Below are positions 11,096 to 19,979 of a stretch of DNA of 64,000 bases, in pieces. A program made the translations under genes and the position numbers. This DNA is from an uncultured Candidatus Saccharibacteria bacterium (GTDB taxonomy: Bacteria; Patescibacteriota; Saccharimonadia; CAILAD01; GCA-016700035). The notes under the pieces are model-generated. The model was not told where the DNA came from and did not search any database. It saw only the letters and a list, made by a program, of their open reading frames with translations. The stretch's first letter is position 1. Each line of letters opens with the position of its first letter. The DNA lies in contig CAZOVH010000002.1 in assembly GCA_964583675.1 (NCBI GenBank), positions 71,548 through 135,547 on the forward strand, written 5' to 3'.

Positions 11096-12745
11096 ACCAA
11101 CAAAACGCTCTTCGCCACCAATGTTCTTAGCAAAAAAGCTATCGTGCGAGATATAGAGAATTGCCCCTTCGTAGCGTTTTAAGGCATTTTCTAGCTCCTC
11201 AATAGAGGGCAAATCTAGATGGTTGGTTGGTTCATCGAGAATAAGCACGTTCGGACGCTGTGCAAACAGTGCAATTAGCTGAATTCTGGCTTTTTGACCA
11301 CCCGACAGCTGCTCAACTGGAATAGCACCATCGTGCCTTTCAAACAGATATTCTCGCAGAGTTTTTGCTATTGCCTCATCATTAACCGCCCTACCGGCTC
11401 GCGAATAAACATCGGCCACCGCTTCGGCGAGCGTCATGGTGAGATACCGAGCATCAATTTCTTGCTCATATCTACCCAACACCAAAGACGACGAACACTC
11501 AATGACACCAGCAAACACCGTACTCTCAAGAGCACCCCCTTTGGCAGTTGCCGTAATTGCATCCACAAGTGTTGTTTTTCCAGCACCATTACGACCCACA
11601 ATATGCACCCTCTCACCTGCGCGCAACTCAAAACCCATATCTGCAAACAATGGTTCGACGTAGCCCAAAGACAGCTCATCAATGCGAACAAGGCTCGCTG
11701 CGTTGCCAGCAACCGACTCGCGCGCACCACGTAAGTTAATTGATTTAGCCTTATATTTTTCGTATTGTTCACTTTGACCACGCTTCAAGCCCTGTACCGA
11801 CTCTTGATCAATCCAGATTGTTGGCTTAGAGATACGTTCTTCCAGCTCAGCAATTTCCCGTTGCAAACGGCGCACAAGTGGAATAAAGGGGTTGGGGCTT
11901 TGTTTTGTGCGAACTTTTTTTAGTTCAGCCTGCTTGAGGGCTTCCCGTCGATTTTCTAAGGTTTTTACATCAACCTCATACTGATGCATCGCGCTCGCTG
12001 AGCTGACAGTGTTCTGCTTGAGATAGGCTTCATAATTTCCTGGATAACTCTGCAATTTTTGATCTTTTAGCTCAAGTACCCTATCCGTACAGGCAAGCAC
12101 ATCTCGGTCGTGCGAGATAACCAATACAGCCGAGCGAACCTCTTTGAGCCAGGCCGTAAAACTAGCCTTCGCGACATAATCCATGTGGTTAGTTGGCTCA
12201 TCTAGAATTAACAGATCGGCGTTTGAATATTCAATTTGCACCAGTTGCGCAAAACGCTTTTGCCCACCGGAAAGATCACCAAACTTACCAGCGATCTGCC
12301 CTGTAGTAAGCTGATAGGCTTTGAGCGATTCAACCACCTGATCTTTCACATGATAATAGCCCAACTCATCATAGCGCTCGAGCGCATTAGTATATTCTTC
12401 GATGAGCTTCATATCATCACTCATCATATCCGGATAAGTGTCAATTATCTGGGTAAGACGAGTATAGTCGCGTAAGCCAGCCAAAACGTAATCCACAACC
12501 GATAGATCGGCATCTACCGAGTGCTGTTCCTGCTCGGTAGTAAGAATAACCACACCCTTGCGCAATCGAACCGAGCCGATATAATCAGCATCTTCTCCAG
12601 TAATAATTCGTGCAAGCGTAGACTTACCTACCCCATTGCGCCCGATAAATCCCACAACTTCACCAGCCTGGATTTGTAGCTCGGTATTTTTGAGAAGCAC
12701 GTTTGCGCCAGCTTGTTTCTCATCAATCTTGACTTCTAGTAACAT
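11087..12745 (-). CDS. ABC-F family ATPase (tandem ABC domains, no TM; ribosome-associated translation factor or ARE class)
   Basis: Two Walker A sites (GRNGVGKST, GRNGAGKTT), two LSGGQK signatures, two ILDEPTNHxD; ATG at 12745 preferred over the GTG-extended ORF; TTGCGC-17-TATACT promoter upstream. Confidence 0.85.
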   Translation of the reverse strand: MLLEVKIDEKQAGANVLLKNTELQIQAGEVVGFIGRNGVGKSTLARIITGEDADYIGSVRLRKGVVILTTEQEQHSVDADLSVVDYVLAGLRDYTRLTQIIDTYPDMMSDDMKLIEEYTNALERYDELGYYHVKDQVVESLKAYQLTTGQIAGKFGDLSGGQKRFAQLVQIEYSNADLLILDEPTNHMDYVAKASFTAWLKEVRSAVLVISHDRDVLACTDRVLELKDQKLQSYPGNYEAYLKQNTVSSASAMHQYEVDVKTLENRREALKQAELKKVRTKQSPNPFIPLVRRLQREIAELEERISKPTIWIDQESVQGLKRGQSEQYEKYKAKSINLRGARESVAGNAASLVRIDELSLGYVEPLFADMGFELRAGERVHIVGRNGAGKTTLVDAITATAKGGALESTVFAGVIECSSSLVLGRYEQEIDARYLTMTLAEAVADVYSRAGRAVNDEAIAKTLREYLFERHDGAIPVEQLSGGQKARIQLIALFAQRPNVLILDEPTNHLDLPSIEELENALKRYEGAILYISHDSFFAKNIGGEERFVGKK

Positions 12746-12822
12746 AGTTTTTCTAGTATATCTGTAAAGCATTATTTGCGCAAAAGAAATACGACCAGAA
12801 TATATCCTGGTCGTAAAATGCA

Positions 12823-13116
12823 CTACGGCTTATGAGCACCTCGCTGGCCAATCCTGGGAAGACTGGTGTCAACAACACCATGCGGTTGGCCGGCTGCGTC
12901 GTAGCACCTCTCGTGAAAGTGCTCAACTCGATTCCACTTGCCACGCTTGTAGACGTTGCAGATCACCTTCTTCAGCCGAACCCTTGCCTTAAAACGCAGT
13001 GGCTGATCGCAGTATTGGCACCTGGTGGTGTCACCAGGATCGATGTAGCGCAACACAGCCCGAGTACCAAGCTTTTTTGTCACCCGACTCGCGCCACCCC
13101 CATTCGCTCTTGCCAT
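12823..13116 (-). CDS. hypothetical small Zn-ribbon-like protein (elevated GC)
   Basis: 97 aa; CQYCDQPL...C...HFHERC; GGAGGG RBS; TTGACA-17-TAAAAT promoter; perfect 8-bp hairpin after its stop. Confidence 0.45.
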   Translation of the reverse strand: MARANGGGASRVTKKLGTRAVLRYIDPGDTTRCQYCDQPLRFKARVRLKKVICNVYKRGKWNRVEHFHERCYDAAGQPHGVVDTSLPRIGQRGAHKP

Positions 13117-13180
13117 AATCCCTCCGAAGGTACAGATTGAGTGGGCACATTTTAGTATGTAAGTACTGAGATGTCAATCA

Positions 13181-13888
13181 CTAGCGATAGTAGAGTTCTG
13201 CAAAGAAGCGGCCATCTTCAGGGTCTTCAAGTAAGCGCATAAGATCCGGCATACTTCGCATGTAATTTGAGTCCGTCCAATCCGGCTGCAGGTCACTCCA
13301 AAAAACTTCACCAGCGGCATGCGCTTCATAAAACTGATCCGTTTGGGCTGTACCGCGGAACATATGGAAGAAAATTTCGCTCACAGGTGCCCCATTTTCT
13401 TCAATTGTGACGTAGCCATCACCTACATGCTTGAGTTCACTTTTTAAGCCGGTCTTCTCAAATAGCTCACGATGAGCTGCCTCGTGCACCGTTTCGCCGA
13501 GATGGAGTTTACCGTATGGTAAACCAACTTGCCCCAAGAGCGGCTGTACTTTCCGCTTCATAAGTAGCCAGCGACCAAGACGATCACGGATAGCCAGCAA
13601 AATAACGATCTTGGGCTGCAAGCGTGGTTTGAGCGATTCCAGAGAAAGCGTATCAACGTAACGCTTGCCGTCTGCCGTGAGCGTATAATGCTTATCCGCT
13701 GTCTGCTCAACATAGCCTTCTTGCATGAGTGATTTTAAGTGGTAGGCAAAAAGATTGCTCTCTACGCCAGCAGGTTTGATATCTCGATAACGTAGAGAGT
13801 CTCCACGCATTAAGTTGCGCAATATAGTTCGTTGAATGTGGTGCATCATACCTTCAAGTATACCATGCCTCAAATTGAGTTGAGTCAA
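13181..13888 (-). CDS. winged-helix DNA-binding domain fused to a NUDIX hydrolase domain
   Basis: N-terminal ArsR/MarR-like wHTH (IQRTILRNLMRGDSLRYRDI...); NUDIX box GKLHLGETVHEAAHRELFEKTGL (Gx5Ex7REUxExGU with one deviation); divergent from the 13967 operon. Confidence 0.6.
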   Translation of the reverse strand: MTQLNLRHGILEGMMHHIQRTILRNLMRGDSLRYRDIKPAGVESNLFAYHLKSLMQEGYVEQTADKHYTLTADGKRYVDTLSLESLKPRLQPKIVILLAIRDRLGRWLLMKRKVQPLLGQVGLPYGKLHLGETVHEAAHRELFEKTGLKSELKHVGDGYVTIEENGAPVSEIFFHMFRGTAQTDQFYEAHAAGEVFWSDLQPDWTDSNYMRSMPDLMRLLEDPEDGRFFAELYYR

Positions 13889-13966
13889 AAAGTCTGGCCT
13901 AGATTACACCTTCCAGCTGCGAGATAGTGAGGGTGTTCCCAGTACCTTGAGACTAAAGGAAAAACA

Positions 13967-14227
13967 ATGCCGGACGGGTACCACCTAGCTAGTTCAAAAA
14001 TCCGCAAAGGAGAGCTAGGAGAAATTTCAAAGATCCAGGAAGAACTCGATGAGCTCAGCGATGCTATGACTCAAGAATGTCGAATTATGGCACTCCTTGA
14101 GCTCTCGGACCTTGTCGGAACCATTGAGCTTTTTCTAGAGAAACATTTCTCTGATTTCACAATTGAAGATGTCCTCACAATGCAGCGCATTACCAAGCGA
14201 GCCTTTCAGAATGGAGCTAGAACATGA
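13967..14227 (+). CDS. small all-alpha protein, MazG/HisE-like NTP pyrophosphohydrolase fold (tentative)
   Basis: 86 aa with EELDELSDAM and ELSDLVGTIELFLEKH, which resemble MazG EExxE/ExxD metal-binding helices; AAAGGA RBS; ATGA overlap with the next gene. Confidence 0.35.
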   Translation: MPDGYHLASSKIRKGELGEISKIQEELDELSDAMTQECRIMALLELSDLVGTIELFLEKHFSDFTIEDVLTMQRITKRAFQNGART

Positions 14228-14847
14228 ACGAGTGGTACTTTGCACAGCCCGCAATTGACTATCGCCTACTGGCCGAAGCTATCGATTTCTACTCGCAACG
14301 TGGCTATACCTACATAGAAACGCCATGGGTTGTCGAACATCGGTACGCAAATGCCACCAAGCCGGCTGATCGGAGAGATTTCTTCTGTCTCGATGGCTAT
14401 CTCGTCGCCTCTGGCGAGCAAAGCTTTATGAGTGCTATGCATTCTGGCGAACTTCAGCCCGGAGGTAAATATCAAACCGTAACACCTTGCTTCCGCGATG
14501 AAGCTGTCGACAAGCTGCATCAAACGTGGTTCTTGAAACTCGAACTAATTTGGTACCGTCCGACTCTTCCTGTTCGTTACGGCACGGTATACGAAGTTAT
14601 GAACGACGCCAACACATTCATGAGTCGTTACATCAAGACGCAGCGCACGAGCCCGTGGGTTTTCGATGAAGACCCAACTTCCGAACATGGTGCCTACACC
14701 TATGATCTGGAATCAATTGACGGAATTGAGCTCGGTTCATATGGATATCGCCACCTGCTTAGCGAACACTGGATCTACGGGACTGGGCTAGCTCTACCTC
14801 GATTTACCATCGCGAAAAATACCCAACGCACAGGAGAAACAGCATGA
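14224..14847 (+). CDS. minimal class IIb aminoacyl-tRNA-synthetase catalytic-core paralog (EpmA/GenX/LysRS-like), 207 aa
   Basis: Motif 1 RGYTYIETPWV (compare EpmA RGVLEVETP); motif 2 TPCFRDEAVDKLHQTWFLKLELIWYRP (compare EpmA [23 protein letters not shown]); GIELGSYGY (compare GIELANGF); motif 3 GTGLALPRF; lacks the anticodon-binding domain and the about 100-aa insertion. Confidence 0.6.
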   Translation: MNEWYFAQPAIDYRLLAEAIDFYSQRGYTYIETPWVVEHRYANATKPADRRDFFCLDGYLVASGEQSFMSAMHSGELQPGGKYQTVTPCFRDEAVDKLHQTWFLKLELIWYRPTLPVRYGTVYEVMNDANTFMSRYIKTQRTSPWVFDEDPTSEHGAYTYDLESIDGIELGSYGYRHLLSEHWIYGTGLALPRFTIAKNTQRTGETA

Positions 14848-15068
14848 TGCACCACATTACCATTAAGGTTACGAGAGTCGATGGTGTTGGCTACGGTGGG
14901 TTTGGTACCCGTACCGACTACTATCTCACCTGCACGTGTGGCTTCTCGCGCTACGCAGACCCTATCGGTAAAAGAGACGCAACTGCACTCCATGCCACCC
15001 AACACCTCCTGGAGAGCATCATCGCTGAACTGGGTCTCGACTGCTCCATGAACCTCAGCTACCACTAA
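14844..15068 (+). CDS. hypothetical 74-aa Cys-containing protein, translationally coupled to the aaRS-like gene
   Basis: ATGATG overlapping the upstream stop; contains LTCTCGF and an ELGLDCS motif (ACP-like DSL with Cys); terminator follows. Confidence 0.4.
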   Translation: MMHHITIKVTRVDGVGYGGFGTRTDYYLTCTCGFSRYADPIGKRDATALHATQHLLESIIAELGLDCSMNLSYH

Positions 15069-15085
15069 CCCCTTAAACGAGTAAG

Positions 15086-15110
15086 CCCCTCGCTTGAGGG
15101 GTTTACTTTT
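15086..15110 (+). terminator. rho-independent terminator
   Basis: CCCCTC-gctt-GAGGGG then TTTACTTTT. Confidence 0.7.
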
Positions 15111-15163
15111 GGATATACATTGCGGTTAAGACCAGCTTATCTCGATGTGAAGCAAGGCAGACT

Positions 15164-15214
15164 AAAACCCATTTCGTAAGGCGTACTAGAACGTACGGTG
15201 TCGAAATGGGTTTT
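15164..15214. terminator. bidirectional terminator-like structure downstream of rpsG
   Basis: 13-bp perfect stem AAAACCCATTTCG/CGAAATGGGTTTT enclosing an inner CGTAC hairpin. Confidence 0.5.
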
Positions 15215-15255
15215 AAGTTTAACGCAGCTAAACGCGAGAGAGGCTGGTCGGATTA

Positions 15256-15732
15256 CTAGTACCGGGCAAAGTGCGCAAACGCCTTGTTAGCCTCAGCCAT
15301 CTGATGAGTATCAGCCTTCTTCTTGATGGCATCACCCTGGTTGTTGTAGGCATCCAAGAGTTCGTTTGCGAGACGCTTATCGAAGCTCTTACCTTCTTTG
15401 GCGCGAGCAGCATCCAAGATCCAAACCATTGCGTAATGAATGCGTCGATCTGGCTTCACTTCCATCGGCACCTGATAGTTTGCACCACCAACACGACGGG
15501 AACGAACCTGTACGTGTGGGCTGGCATTTTTAATAGCGCCTTCGAAGATTTCCATCGCGTCAGCTTTACCTTTTGTAGAAGCTTCTGTGAGAGCATCATA
15601 CACGAGGTTTTCGGCAAGACGCTTTTTACCGCTCTTCATCACCTTGTTAATCATGCGTGTTACAAGCACAGAGTTGTACTGCATGTCTGGAGCGAGTTCG
15701 CGCTTGAGGGATTTAGTCTTTTTTCGTGGCAT
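15256..15732 (-). CDS. rpsG: 30S ribosomal protein S7
   Basis: MPRKKTKSLKRELAPD... S7; start taken at the internal ATG next to the rpsL stop. Confidence 0.93.
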   Translation of the reverse strand: MPRKKTKSLKRELAPDMQYNSVLVTRMINKVMKSGKKRLAENLVYDALTEASTKGKADAMEIFEGAIKNASPHVQVRSRRVGGANYQVPMEVKPDRRIHYAMVWILDAARAKEGKSFDKRLANELLDAYNNQGDAIKKKADTHQMAEANKAFAHFARY

Positions 15733-15733
15733 A

Positions 15734-16156
15734 CTATTCTCCCTTCGCCTTCTCGAGCTTAGCGCCATACTTAGATCGGCCCTGCTTACGGTTGGCGACA
15801 CCGGCTGTGTCGAACGAACCACGCACTACGTGATAACGAACACCTGGAAGGTCTTTTACTCGACCACCGCGCACGAGCACTACTGAGTGCTCCTGCAGGT
15901 TGTGGCCAATTCCACCAATGTAGGCAGTTACTTCCATGCCGTTAGTGAGGCGCACACGGGCAACCTTACGGAGCGCTGAGTTTGGTTTCTTTGGAGTTTG
16001 GGTGAATACCTTGGTACACACACCGCGCTTCAAAGGTGCGTCCAATGGACGAACGCGACCTTTGAGAGCGTTGAGACTACGGCTCAAGGCTGGCGACTTA
16101 CTTTTGCGTCGAGCCTTGGCGCGTGGTTTGCGAATGAGTTGGTTAATCGTTGGCAT
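15734..16156 (-). CDS. rpsL: 30S ribosomal protein S12
   Basis: 140 aa; [10 protein letters not shown]...[11 protein letters not shown]12 signature. Confidence 0.95.
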   Translation of the reverse strand: MPTINQLIRKPRAKARRKSKSPALSRSLNALKGRVRPLDAPLKRGVCTKVFTQTPKKPNSALRKVARVRLTNGMEVTAYIGGIGHNLQEHSVVLVRGGRVKDLPGVRYHVVRGSFDTAGVANRKQGRSKYGAKLEKAKGE

Positions 16157-16179
16157 AAAACCTCAGTATCTTATCAGAT

Positions 16180-19100
16180 TTACGCCTTCTGGTCAACCTG
16201 GTCATCGTCGTCTGTACGAAAACCGGTACCTACTGGGATCAATCGACCAATGATCACATTCTCTTTCAGGCCACGAAGCTTATCGACCTTACCGCGCAAA
16301 GCTGCTCCAATCAGCACCTTCATCGTCTCCTGGAAGGAAGCGGCAGAGAGCCAGCTATCAGATGAGATGGAGATCTTAGAGATTGGCATAAGCAGCTGCT
16401 CATAGGTTGCTGGTGTCTTCTTAGCTTCCTCGGCGGCACGATTAGCCTCCCACAGAGCTGTCTTGGAGATAACATCTCCAGCGATAAACTCAGTGTCATT
16501 TGGCTCTTCGATGCGTACGCGACTAAACATCTGACGAATGATCACTTCGATGTGCTTAGAAGCAATCGTCTGTCCCTGTGAAGCATAGATAGCCTGCACT
16601 TCGTCAACGATGTAGCGCTCTACAGCTTCGGCACCCAAGAGTCGGAGCATGTCCTGTAGGTTCACAGAACCTTCAGAGAGACGCTGACCAACAGTTACGA
16701 GGTCACCATTCTTCACCTTGAGGGTCACGTAATCAGGGAGTGTGTATTCCTTGATATTGCCACCTTCGTGGGTTAGCTCGATTCGACCTTTTGCAACCTT
16801 TACGGTTCCATCGGCACCCGCTTTAACGGTACGCTTACCAGTTTCGTTCTGGGCCAATACGTCACCCTTGGCTACTTCCGCGCCAGTCTTAACGGTCGGC
16901 TTCATGCCTTCCTTGAGGTCATATGGAGTGATCTTAAGATCAGCTGGGGCAATACGTAGTACTTGCTTACCTTCGGTAGCCTTAAGTGTAACCACACCAT
17001 CGATTTCAGCAAGGATCGCTTCACCACGTGGGTTACGGGCTTCAAAGATTTCCTCAACACGTGGGAGACCCTGCGTGATGTCGGCAGCCGAGGCTACACC
17101 ACCGGCGTGGAAGGTACGCATGGTGAGCTGTGTCCCTGGTTCACCGATAGACTGAGCGGCCATAATTCCCACGGCTTCACCGGTTTCTACCAAGTGACCA
17201 CGAGCAAGATCAGTACCATAACAGTGCTTACAAATTCCCCAAGCGAGGGTACATTTGAGGATCGAGCGAATGGTTACGGTTTCGATACCAGTATCGGTAA
17301 TTTCGCGAGCCATCTCATCGGTTACCAGCTCGCCGGCCTTCACGATTGTGCGGCGTCCATCTTTTACATCGGCAGCAACATAGCGACCAACAATCCATGG
17401 AGCTAAGCTATCCTGACCAGCAGCCTGAGCTTCTGAGAGGTGTACCTTATAGCCTTCCTTATCGCCACAGTCGTCGGCAGCAATCATCACGTCCTGTGCC
17501 ACATCTACGAGACGACGAGTGAGATATCCCGATTCTGCAGTCTTGAGGGCTGTGTCGGTAAGACCCTTACGAGCACCGTGTGAGGAGATGAAGTATTCGA
17601 GGATCGAAAGACCTTCTTTATAGTTGCTCTTCACCGGAAGCTCGATAGTTCCACCAGTCGAGTTGAGCACCAAGCCCTTCATGCCGGCCATCTGGTTGGC
17701 CTGTCCAACGGTCGCACGAGCACCGCTTTCAATGTCCATCGCGAGGGTTGAGCTGTTTGGATTAAGCTCGGCTGTAAGTTCAGCTTCAATCTGTTCGCCA
17801 ACCTCTTTCCAAGTCTCAACAGTGCGCTCTTTACGCTCTTCGTTAGTGATCAGACCCTGCTGATACTGCGAGGTAATCGCCAAGGTTCGCTTTTCACCGT
17901 CATCGAGCAGTTGAGCTTTCTTCTTCGGAGTTTGGAGATCATCCATACCAAGCGAGAAGCCAGATTCGGTGGCAAACTGATAGCCAATCTCTTTAATGCG
18001 GTCGGCCACCTGAGCGGTTTCTTCACCACCAAAGCCCGTGAAGACTTTTGCGAGCACACCCTTAAGCTTCGACTTGGTCATAGCATCGTTCTGGAAGGAC
18101 ATACCTTCTGGAAGCACTTCGTTAAAGAGAATACGTCCAGCTGAACTTTCCAGCACTTCGCCCTGAATCTTTACACGAATTTTAGCGCGCAAGTGTACAG
18201 CTGCCTGCTGATACGCCATTATTGCTTCTTCTACCGAGGTAAATGCCTTGCCTTCACCCTTCGCACCATCGTCAAAACTGGTCATATAGAAACAGCCGAG
18301 TACGATTTCGTGTGATGGATTTACAATCGGCTCACCTGAAGATGGCTTCAAGAGGTTGCGGCTAGCAAGCATGATTTCGCGAGCTTCTTTCTGAGCAGCA
18401 TCCGAGAGTGGAACATGCACAGCCATCTGGTCACCATCGAAGTCGGCGTTAAAGGCCGCACACACCAATGGATGGAGCTGAATAGCCTTACCTTCGATCA
18501 ATACCGGCTTGAAAGCCTGGATAGAAAGTCGGTGCAAGGTCGGTGCGCGGTTGAGGAGCACATACTTACCAGTAATCACTTCTTCCAAAGTGTCCCACAC
18601 TTCTGTGCGAGCGCGTTCAATCATTCGAGCGGCGCTCTTTACGTTGTGGGCATACTCTTTTTCGATAAGCTTAGAGATAACAAATGGCTTGAAGAGCTCC
18701 AGTGCCATCATCTTTGGCAAACCACACTCGTCGAGTTTGAGGTGTGGACCAACTACGATTACCGAACGGCCCGAGTAGTCTACGCGCTTACCCAAGAGGT
18801 TCTGACGGAAGCGACCCTGCTTACCTTTGAGGAGGTCTGTAAGGCTCTTGAGCTTCTTGCGTGAACCACCAACGGCAGTAACAGCGCGCTCACGACGAGC
18901 ATTGTTGTCGATGAGAGCGTCGACAGCTTCTTGAAGCATACGCTTTTCGTTACGGCAAATTACCTCTGGAGCAGCCAAATCGTAGAGTTTTTTCAGACGA
19001 TTGTTGCGATTAATCACACGACGGTAGAGATCATTCAGGTCGGAAGCAGCAAAACGACCACCATCCAGCTGTACCATTGGGCGCAAGTCTGGTGGAATAA

Positions 19101-19977
19101 CCGGCAATTCAGAAATTACCATCCACTCTGGCTTAAGTCCGGCCTGCTGCATACCCTCTACGGCCTTGAGACGCTTCAAAGCCTTACGCTTACGCTGACC
19201 AGCTGTAGTTGCAGCCTCTTCACGCAATTCTTCGGCGAGCTTATCAAGCTCAACTTCTGAGAGGAGCTCACGAATGGCCTCAGCACCGATACCGGCCTTA
19301 AATACGTTGCCGTACTTAATGTTGAGTTCACGATACATACCTTCTGGCAAGAGCTGGTACTTAGCGAGTGCTTCAAGCTCATTTTTTGCAGTGAGATAGT
19401 TGGTTTCGAGATCAGCTAGCTCCTTAGCAGCTTCTTCTGTGAGATTCGACTCATCGGTAACTTCATGCTTGGTGATGATTTCTTTCTTGTAGCCCTGGTA
19501 GTCAGAGTTAAGATCAGTCAAAGCCTTTTCACGAGCTTCATCATCAACTGATTGCACGATGAAGTTTGCAAAGTAAGTTACACGTTCCAAGTCACGCACG
19601 CTCATATTAAGAAGCGTACCAATCGAGCTTGGGGTACCGCGCAGGAACCAAATGTGGCTCACTGGGACTGCCAAGTGGATGTGACCCATGCGCTCGCGTC
19701 GTACGATTGAACGAGTTACGAGTACGCCACACTTATCACAAACAATACCCTTGTAGCGAATACCTTTGTATTTACCACAGTAACACTGCCAGTCCTTGGT
19801 TGGCCCAAAGATCTTTTCGCAGAACAAGCCGTCTTTTTCTGGTTTTTGTGTGCGGTAGTTAATGGTTTCTGGCTTGGTAACTTCACCATGGCTCCAGTCC
19901 AAGATGTGCTCTGGGCTAGCCAGCGCCAACTTGATGGAAGTGAAGTCGATGGTTGGTTGGTTAAAGTCCTGTTGCAT
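16180..19977 (-). CDS. rpoC: DNA-directed RNA polymerase subunit beta'
   Basis: 1265 aa; Zn-binding [30 protein letters not shown] catalytic motif. Confidence 0.97.
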   Translation of the reverse strand: MQQDFNQPTIDFTSIKLALASPEHILDWSHGEVTKPETINYRTQKPEKDGLFCEKIFGPTKDWQCYCGKYKGIRYKGIVCDKCGVLVTRSIVRRERMGHIHLAVPVSHIWFLRGTPSSIGTLLNMSVRDLERVTYFANFIVQSVDDEAREKALTDLNSDYQGYKKEIITKHEVTDESNLTEEAAKELADLETNYLTAKNELEALAKYQLLPEGMYRELNIKYGNVFKAGIGAEAIRELLSEVELDKLAEELREEAATTAGQRKRKALKRLKAVEGMQQAGLKPEWMVISELPVIPPDLRPMVQLDGGRFAASDLNDLYRRVINRNNRLKKLYDLAAPEVICRNEKRMLQEAVDALIDNNARRERAVTAVGGSRKKLKSLTDLLKGKQGRFRQNLLGKRVDYSGRSVIVVGPHLKLDECGLPKMMALELFKPFVISKLIEKEYAHNVKSAARMIERARTEVWDTLEEVITGKYVLLNRAPTLHRLSIQAFKPVLIEGKAIQLHPLVCAAFNADFDGDQMAVHVPLSDAAQKEAREIMLASRNLLKPSSGEPIVNPSHEIVLGCFYMTSFDDGAKGEGKAFTSVEEAIMAYQQAAVHLRAKIRVKIQGEVLESSAGRILFNEVLPEGMSFQNDAMTKSKLKGVLAKVFTGFGGEETAQVADRIKEIGYQFATESGFSLGMDDLQTPKKKAQLLDDGEKRTLAITSQYQQGLITNEERKERTVETWKEVGEQIEAELTAELNPNSSTLAMDIESGARATVGQANQMAGMKGLVLNSTGGTIELPVKSNYKEGLSILEYFISSHGARKGLTDTALKTAESGYLTRRLVDVAQDVMIAADDCGDKEGYKVHLSEAQAAGQDSLAPWIVGRYVAADVKDGRRTIVKAGELVTDEMAREITDTGIETVTIRSILKCTLAWGICKHCYGTDLARGHLVETGEAVGIMAAQSIGEPGTQLTMRTFHAGGVASAADITQGLPRVEEIFEARNPRGEAILAEIDGVVTLKATEGKQVLRIAPADLKITPYDLKEGMKPTVKTGAEVAKGDVLAQNETGKRTVKAGADGTVKVAKGRIELTHEGGNIKEYTLPDYVTLKVKNGDLVTVGQRLSEGSVNLQDMLRLLGAEAVERYIVDEVQAIYASQGQTIASKHIEVIIRQMFSRVRIEEPNDTEFIAGDVISKTALWEANRAAEEAKKTPATYEQLLMPISKISISSDSWLSAASFQETMKVLIGAALRGKVDKLRGLKENVIIGRLIPVGTGFRTDDDDQVDQKA

Positions 19978-19979
19978 GA

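Noticed and set aside
11087-12823. Extended GTG start (12823) for the ABC-F gene, giving 578 aa
   Set aside because: The extension overlaps the upstream gene's stop and terminator hairpin and contains a good promoter (TTGCGC-17-TATACT); the ATG at 12745 with the MLLEVKIDE N-terminus is more plausible.
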